NCBI GenBank assembly: GCA_964621005.1 | Contig: CAZUIF010000016.1 | Coordinates: forward strand, 4,565-68,564 | Source: an uncultured Rikenella sp. | Lineage (GTDB): Bacteria > Bacteroidota > Bacteroidia > Bacteroidales > VadinHA17 | Length of the DNA stretch: 64,000 nucleotides | Direction: 5' to 3' | Shown here: positions 60,551 to 64,000 of the stretch, one piece after another | Numbering within the stretch: the stretch's first letter is position 1 | Layout: each line of letters begins with the position of its first letter | Made by a program: the position numbers and the translations under genes | The notes under the pieces: generated by a model | Told to the model about the DNA's origin: nothing | Database searches by the model: none | The model's input: only the letters and a program-made list of their open reading frames with translations

Positions 60551-61273
60551 TCACCTGAAAACATCCTTCAGCACCTGCAGCGACTTTAACTGCCTTATTC
60601 CCGGCAGGTGCAGGCTGTAATACTTCAGCAGACGTGTCAGGAGGTCGGTCCGCTCTTCGCCTGTCAGGCGAAGGGAAGCTATTTCAGTTGCAGGCATGTG
60701 AAGCAGCAGGTTAAGCGAGGTTGCGGTCTCAGGTTCCAGGAAATCCGGATGCATAGGCCGGAGCGGGGTGAACTGCCCTGTGAGCATATCGAAAAAGCAG
60801 TTTTCCATCTCTGTTTGTGACGGTCCTATCCCTGCATAGTCAGTGAATGCCACAAGGAACCAGAGATGGAAATTGCTTATCCCGAGGGTCATCTCATCAA
60901 GGCTGATGACGGATGACTCAATGAAATCAAAAAGCATCCTGTTGACATCCTGTTCCCTTATCACGTTATGAAGTAGCTCACTGATAAACATTGCCACGGT
61001 TGTCCGGTGTATGTCACCGTAAATTCTTTGCGGGATATAAGCCAGGCTCATCTCCTTCAGGTTGTGCAACTCCCTGTTTTCGTAATAATAAAGCTCGGTG
61101 TTGAAGATGTTGAGAGGCTGGAAATAGTTGAACCTGGCGCTCCCGCGCTTTGAGGAGATGCCCTTTACCATTACGGAAAGACGGCCGTATTCCTGTGTAT
61201 AGAAATGGGCAATCAGTGAGCTGTCAGAATACCTCACATGGTGAAGCAGTATGGCTTTCGTCCTTGTCAGCAT
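60551..61273 (-). CDS. recO: DNA repair protein RecO
   Basis: N-terminal OB-fold pattern TKAILLHHVRYSDSSLIAHFYTQEYGRLSVMVKG, and ~240 aa. Confidence 0.85.
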   Translation of the reverse strand: MLTRTKAILLHHVRYSDSSLIAHFYTQEYGRLSVMVKGISSKRGSARFNYFQPLNIFNTELYYYENRELHNLKEMSLAYIPQRIYGDIHRTTVAMFISELLHNVIREQDVNRMLFDFIESSVISLDEMTLGISNFHLWFLVAFTDYAGIGPSQTEMENCFFDMLTGQFTPLRPMHPDFLEPETATSLNLLLHMPATEIASLRLTGEERTDLLTRLLKYYSLHLPGIRQLKSLQVLKDVFR

Positions 61274-61337
61274 TGTGTCGCCGTCAGGCTGGATGGTGGG
61301 GGATCTTCATTAAACAATGGTCTCCGGCCTGCAATGT

Positions 61338-61345
61338 CAAAAGTA
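61338..61345 (-). promoter_or_regulatory. Candidate -7 promoter box TACTTTTG for recO
   Basis: Exact TAnnTTTG on the minus strand, 65 nt upstream of the ATG at 61273. Confidence 0.35.
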
Positions 61346-61394
61346 TTAAATCTTCATCATTGCATACTCTGCAGCAGCCCGATGAGTTTATAAT

Positions 61395-62816
61395 ATGTAT
61401 AATTACTTCAGGTATTCACAGATGGAATCAGCATCCAAAGACCAGCTTCTCAAGCGAATAGCCAGGCTTGTGCGACAGAACAAGGAGCTTGAGGAGCAGG
61501 TGAAGAAACTTGAGCGTGAGAGGGAAAGACTGCTTGAGACAACCGAAAAGTACCGGCTTCTTGTTGAAAACAACGAGCTGAAGGGCGTCAGGGTGGCCGA
61601 GGAGGAGAAAAGCCTCAAGTTCAATATGGTGACTGTTCTGTTTGCTGATATACAGGGATTTTCAGGCCTCACTGAGGGGATGGACCCGGCTGTGGTGATG
61701 GACGAGCTGGACGAGATCTTCTTCGAGTTCGACCGGATCATCAAAAAATATCATATTGAGAAGATCAGGACTATCGGTGACACCTACATGTGTGCCGGGG
61801 GGATACCTTCAAAAAATATCACGAACCCGGTGGAAGTGGTGATGGCTGCGGTGGAGCTCAGGCAGTTCCTTCGCGACTTTGAAGCCGGACGACGCGGTGA
61901 GCAAAGGATCTGGAACCTGAAGATAGGGATACATACAGGGCCGGTTTCAGCGACTGTCTCAGGTAAGAGCAAGGTCTCCTATGATATAAAGGGGAGGGCG
62001 GTTAACACCGCAAGCCGTATCCAGGGTGTATCGGACCGGGATACGATCCTGATCTCAGTGATGACCTACGAGCTTGTAAAGGAGTTTTTCAGGTGCGAAT
62101 ATCACGGCAAGCTGCCGGTGAAATACATGGGTAACATCCAGATGTACCAGGTGCAGGGCCTTTTGCCGGAACTTTCGTCAGACCAGAACGGATCTGCCCC
62201 GAACAAGTCGTTCAGGGTCAAGTTCGGACTCATCCAGTTCACTGATATACAGGAAGTCATCCTTGACAAGCTCGAGAGGGAGCTGCCTGACTTCCTGTTC
62301 TACCACAATGTCAAGCATACCGTTGATGTTGTTACCGAGGTGGAGCTGATCGGGTGGGCTGAAGGTTGCACCGATGAGGAGGTGCTGCTGCTGAAGACAG
62401 CGGCATTATTCCATGACGCAGGCCACACCGTATCATATGATGACCATGAGTACCAGGGTACGCTGCTTGTCAGGGAGATGCTGCCGGGTTACGGCTACAG
62501 CGGGGAGCAGATAGATAAAATATGCGCGATAATCATGTCAACCAAATTGCCCCCAAGGCCGGGGGACCTGCTTGAGCAGATCATATGTGACTCCGACCTG
62601 GACTACCTTGGCAGGAGCGACTTCATCCCGGTGTCAAATACCTTGTATGAGGAGCTGAAGGCACAGGACAAGATCACCAGCCTGAACGACTGGAACAAGC
62701 TGCAGGTTAAATTCATCTCGGGGCACCAGTATTTCACATCGACTGCCCGCCGTTTGAGGGAGGTGAACAAAAAACTTCAGATTGAGAGGATCAGGAGCCT
62801 GATCACGGAGAACTGA
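61395..62816 (+). CDS. Coiled-coil + class III adenylate/guanylate cyclase domain fused to a C-terminal HD phosphohydrolase domain
   Basis: Cyclase motifs VTVLFADIQGFSGL, IRTIGDTYMCAGG and YDIKGRAVNTASRIQG. HD domain HNVKHT...LFHDAGH...CDSDLDYLG. An alternative start is at 61422. Confidence 0.8.
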   Translation: MYNYFRYSQMESASKDQLLKRIARLVRQNKELEEQVKKLERERERLLETTEKYRLLVENNELKGVRVAEEEKSLKFNMVTVLFADIQGFSGLTEGMDPAVVMDELDEIFFEFDRIIKKYHIEKIRTIGDTYMCAGGIPSKNITNPVEVVMAAVELRQFLRDFEAGRRGEQRIWNLKIGIHTGPVSATVSGKSKVSYDIKGRAVNTASRIQGVSDRDTILISVMTYELVKEFFRCEYHGKLPVKYMGNIQMYQVQGLLPELSSDQNGSAPNKSFRVKFGLIQFTDIQEVILDKLERELPDFLFYHNVKHTVDVVTEVELIGWAEGCTDEEVLLLKTAALFHDAGHTVSYDDHEYQGTLLVREMLPGYGYSGEQIDKICAIIMSTKLPPRPGDLLEQIICDSDLDYLGRSDFIPVSNTLYEELKAQDKITSLNDWNKLQVKFISGHQYFTSTARRLREVNKKLQIERIRSLITEN

Positions 62817-62850
62817 CTGAGAGGATCAGGAATCTGATCACGGAGAACTG
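62784..62850 (+). repeat. Tandem 32-bp duplication (period 35 bp, 2 mismatches) spanning the cyclase stop codon
   Basis: gagaggatcaggagcctgatcacggagaactg (62784-62815), then act, then gagaggatcaggaatctgatcacggagaactg (62819-62850). Confidence 0.8.
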
Positions 62851-62887
62851 GGAATCCGGACAGATTTGGCCCGGAGCCCCGGCAATC

Positions 62888-64000
62888 CTATCTTATCACA
62901 AGGATTTTTGTCACCCCGGCAAGGGTTCCGTCCTCATTTGAGCAGAATACCAGGTACACTCCGGAAGCAGTCCTCTGCGACCTGTAATTTTGCAGGTCCC
63001 ACACTGCCTGGCCACCAAGCGAGGTGGTCTCATAAACAAGGTTTCCGCTGACGTCAGTTATTTTTACCCGGGAATTTTCCACCAGTCCTGTAACAGTGAC
63101 AACACCCTCATAATCCTCCCTTACCGGGTTGGGGAATGCATATATTCCTGAGAAATCCTCATTTCCTGAAGTTGCTTCACCGCGCCATGAGACTATTCCC
63201 TCGGATGTGCCGAACCAGACATCACCTGTGACCCCGTTGACTGCTATCTTCACGATATTGTCGGACAGGATAGGGCTGTTGGAAGTGTTAAAGTGAACCA
63301 GTTCCTTCCGTGCGTCGTCAGACATGAGGAAGGCACCAGAGCTGAGTGTGCCGAACCATTTGCGGTTGGCGCCGTCTACTGCAATTGAAGTTACGGTCTC
63401 AGTGCCAAGGAGATAATCGGCCAGCCCGGAGCCGTCATTGCGAGGTATCTTGATCCGGGAGGCTTTGATTTCAGATGTGAATGCCTTGGCGGGGTTGTAG
63501 AAAACTGCCGGTCCGGTGTCAGTTCCTACCCAGATATTTCCGTCGTAATCTGTGGCAATTGAATACAGGTTGTTCATTGTGTGCCCTTCGGCATCCTGCA
63601 CCTGGAGCCTTACATACCGGTCGTCAGATGTATTTGCCGGTGTTCCTGCCGGGTCATATACAAGCAGTCCGTTACCACGCGGAAGTACAACCCAGATGTA
63701 CTGATTGCGGTCAATGACCATGTCACCCACGGAAGTAACGTTAAGATTTACCTGGGTTATTATCCAGTTTCCGTCAGGTGTGAGAGCCTTCAGGTTGCCG
63801 GGAACACCTGTCTGTGTCATCCAGAGGTTGCCTTCCCGGTCCCGGGCGAGTCCGCAGATGCGGGAGTAGTTTTCGCCGGGCCGGACGCTGGAAAGGGGGG
63901 AGTTGTACTGGTTGTAGTTTTTGACCGGTTCGCCGTCAAGGAATTCATAAAGTCCGTTTCCCCATGAAGAAACGAAGAAATGGTTTTCATTGTCCGGGTC
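62888..64000 (-). CDS. Reg_prop beta-propeller repeat protein with T9SS type A C-terminal domain (5' end off the window; possibly PorZ-like)
   Basis: The frame stays open from 63820 to the window edge (hand-checked, no in-frame stop). Propeller repeats include NIWVGTDTGPAVF, RKWFGTLSSGAFL and DVWFGTSEGIVSW. CTD YAFPNPVREDYEGVVTV...GVYLVFCSNEDGTLAGVTKILVIR. Confidence 0.7.
   Translation of the reverse strand, partial: DPDNENHFFVSSWGNGLYEFLDGEPVKNYNQYNSPLSSVRPGENYSRICGLARDREGNLWMTQTGVPGNLKALTPDGNWIITQVNLNVTSVGDMVIDRNQYIWVVLPRGNGLLVYDPAGTPANTSDDRYVRLQVQDAEGHTMNNLYSIATDYDGNIWVGTDTGPAVFYNPAKAFTSEIKASRIKIPRNDGSGLADYLLGTETVTSIAVDGANRKWFGTLSSGAFLMSDDARKELVHFNTSNSPILSDNIVKIAVNGVTGDVWFGTSEGIVSWRGEATSGNEDFSGIYAFPNPVREDYEGVVTVTGLVENSRVKITDVSGNLVYETTSLGGQAVWDLQNYRSQRTASGVYLVFCSNEDGTLAGVTKILVIR

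Noticed and set aside
1-64000. Search for CRISPR arrays, tRNA/rRNA genes, integrases, transposases, IS inverted repeats, prophage genes and known defence systems
   Set aside because: I saw no regularly spaced repeats, no cloverleaf-like or rRNA-like segments in the short spacers, and no ORF with recombinase, transposase, phage-structural or typical defence-system motifs. The window looks like core chromosome rather than a mobile island. This is a visual scan only.

Overview
The window looks like a contiguous chromosomal segment of a Bacteroidota genome. Three things support that call: a SusC/SusD pair, three proteins with T9SS C-terminal sorting domains, and nine exact TAnnTTTG (-7 type) boxes placed upstream of start codons. 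About 40 protein genes are packed tightly. I recognised no rRNA, tRNA, CRISPR array, integrase or transposase by eye.

Gene content, left to right:
- An AraC-family regulator fragment and a lipoprotein.
- A DAK2-DegV fusion followed by a DUF1295 membrane enzyme.
- Two metallophosphoesterases, one of them a UshA-like 5'-nucleotidase.
- FG-GAP, PKD and propeller T9SS cargo proteins.
- A KdpD-like kinase, KdpE and TrkH in one orientation.
- gdhA flanked by two giant paralogous receiver + PPDK-N (ATP-grasp) proteins.
- A minimal SusC/SusD/SusE-like locus.
- A three-gene putative lipid head-group operon (PlsC-like acyltransferase, CDP-alcohol phosphatidyltransferase, GNAT).
- GH20, and an orphan Na+-decarboxylase beta subunit with a small OadG-like ORF that the ORF track does not list.
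- A TonB-dependent receptor / DUF4249 / barrel-less Plug protein cluster.
- nhaA, ferritin-VIT1 and mntH.
- LigT, a GH106-like enzyme, GH28 and an esterase.
- An M16 peptidase, a deoxynucleoside kinase, a GH3-family protein and recO.
- A class III cyclase-HD fusion, and a partial propeller T9SS protein at the right edge.

The best candidate for an undescribed system is the gdhA-centred pair of REC/PPDK_N sensor-like proteins (16830-25950). One of them carries four tandem sensor modules.

Everything here is motif reading by eye. No database search or computation was run.
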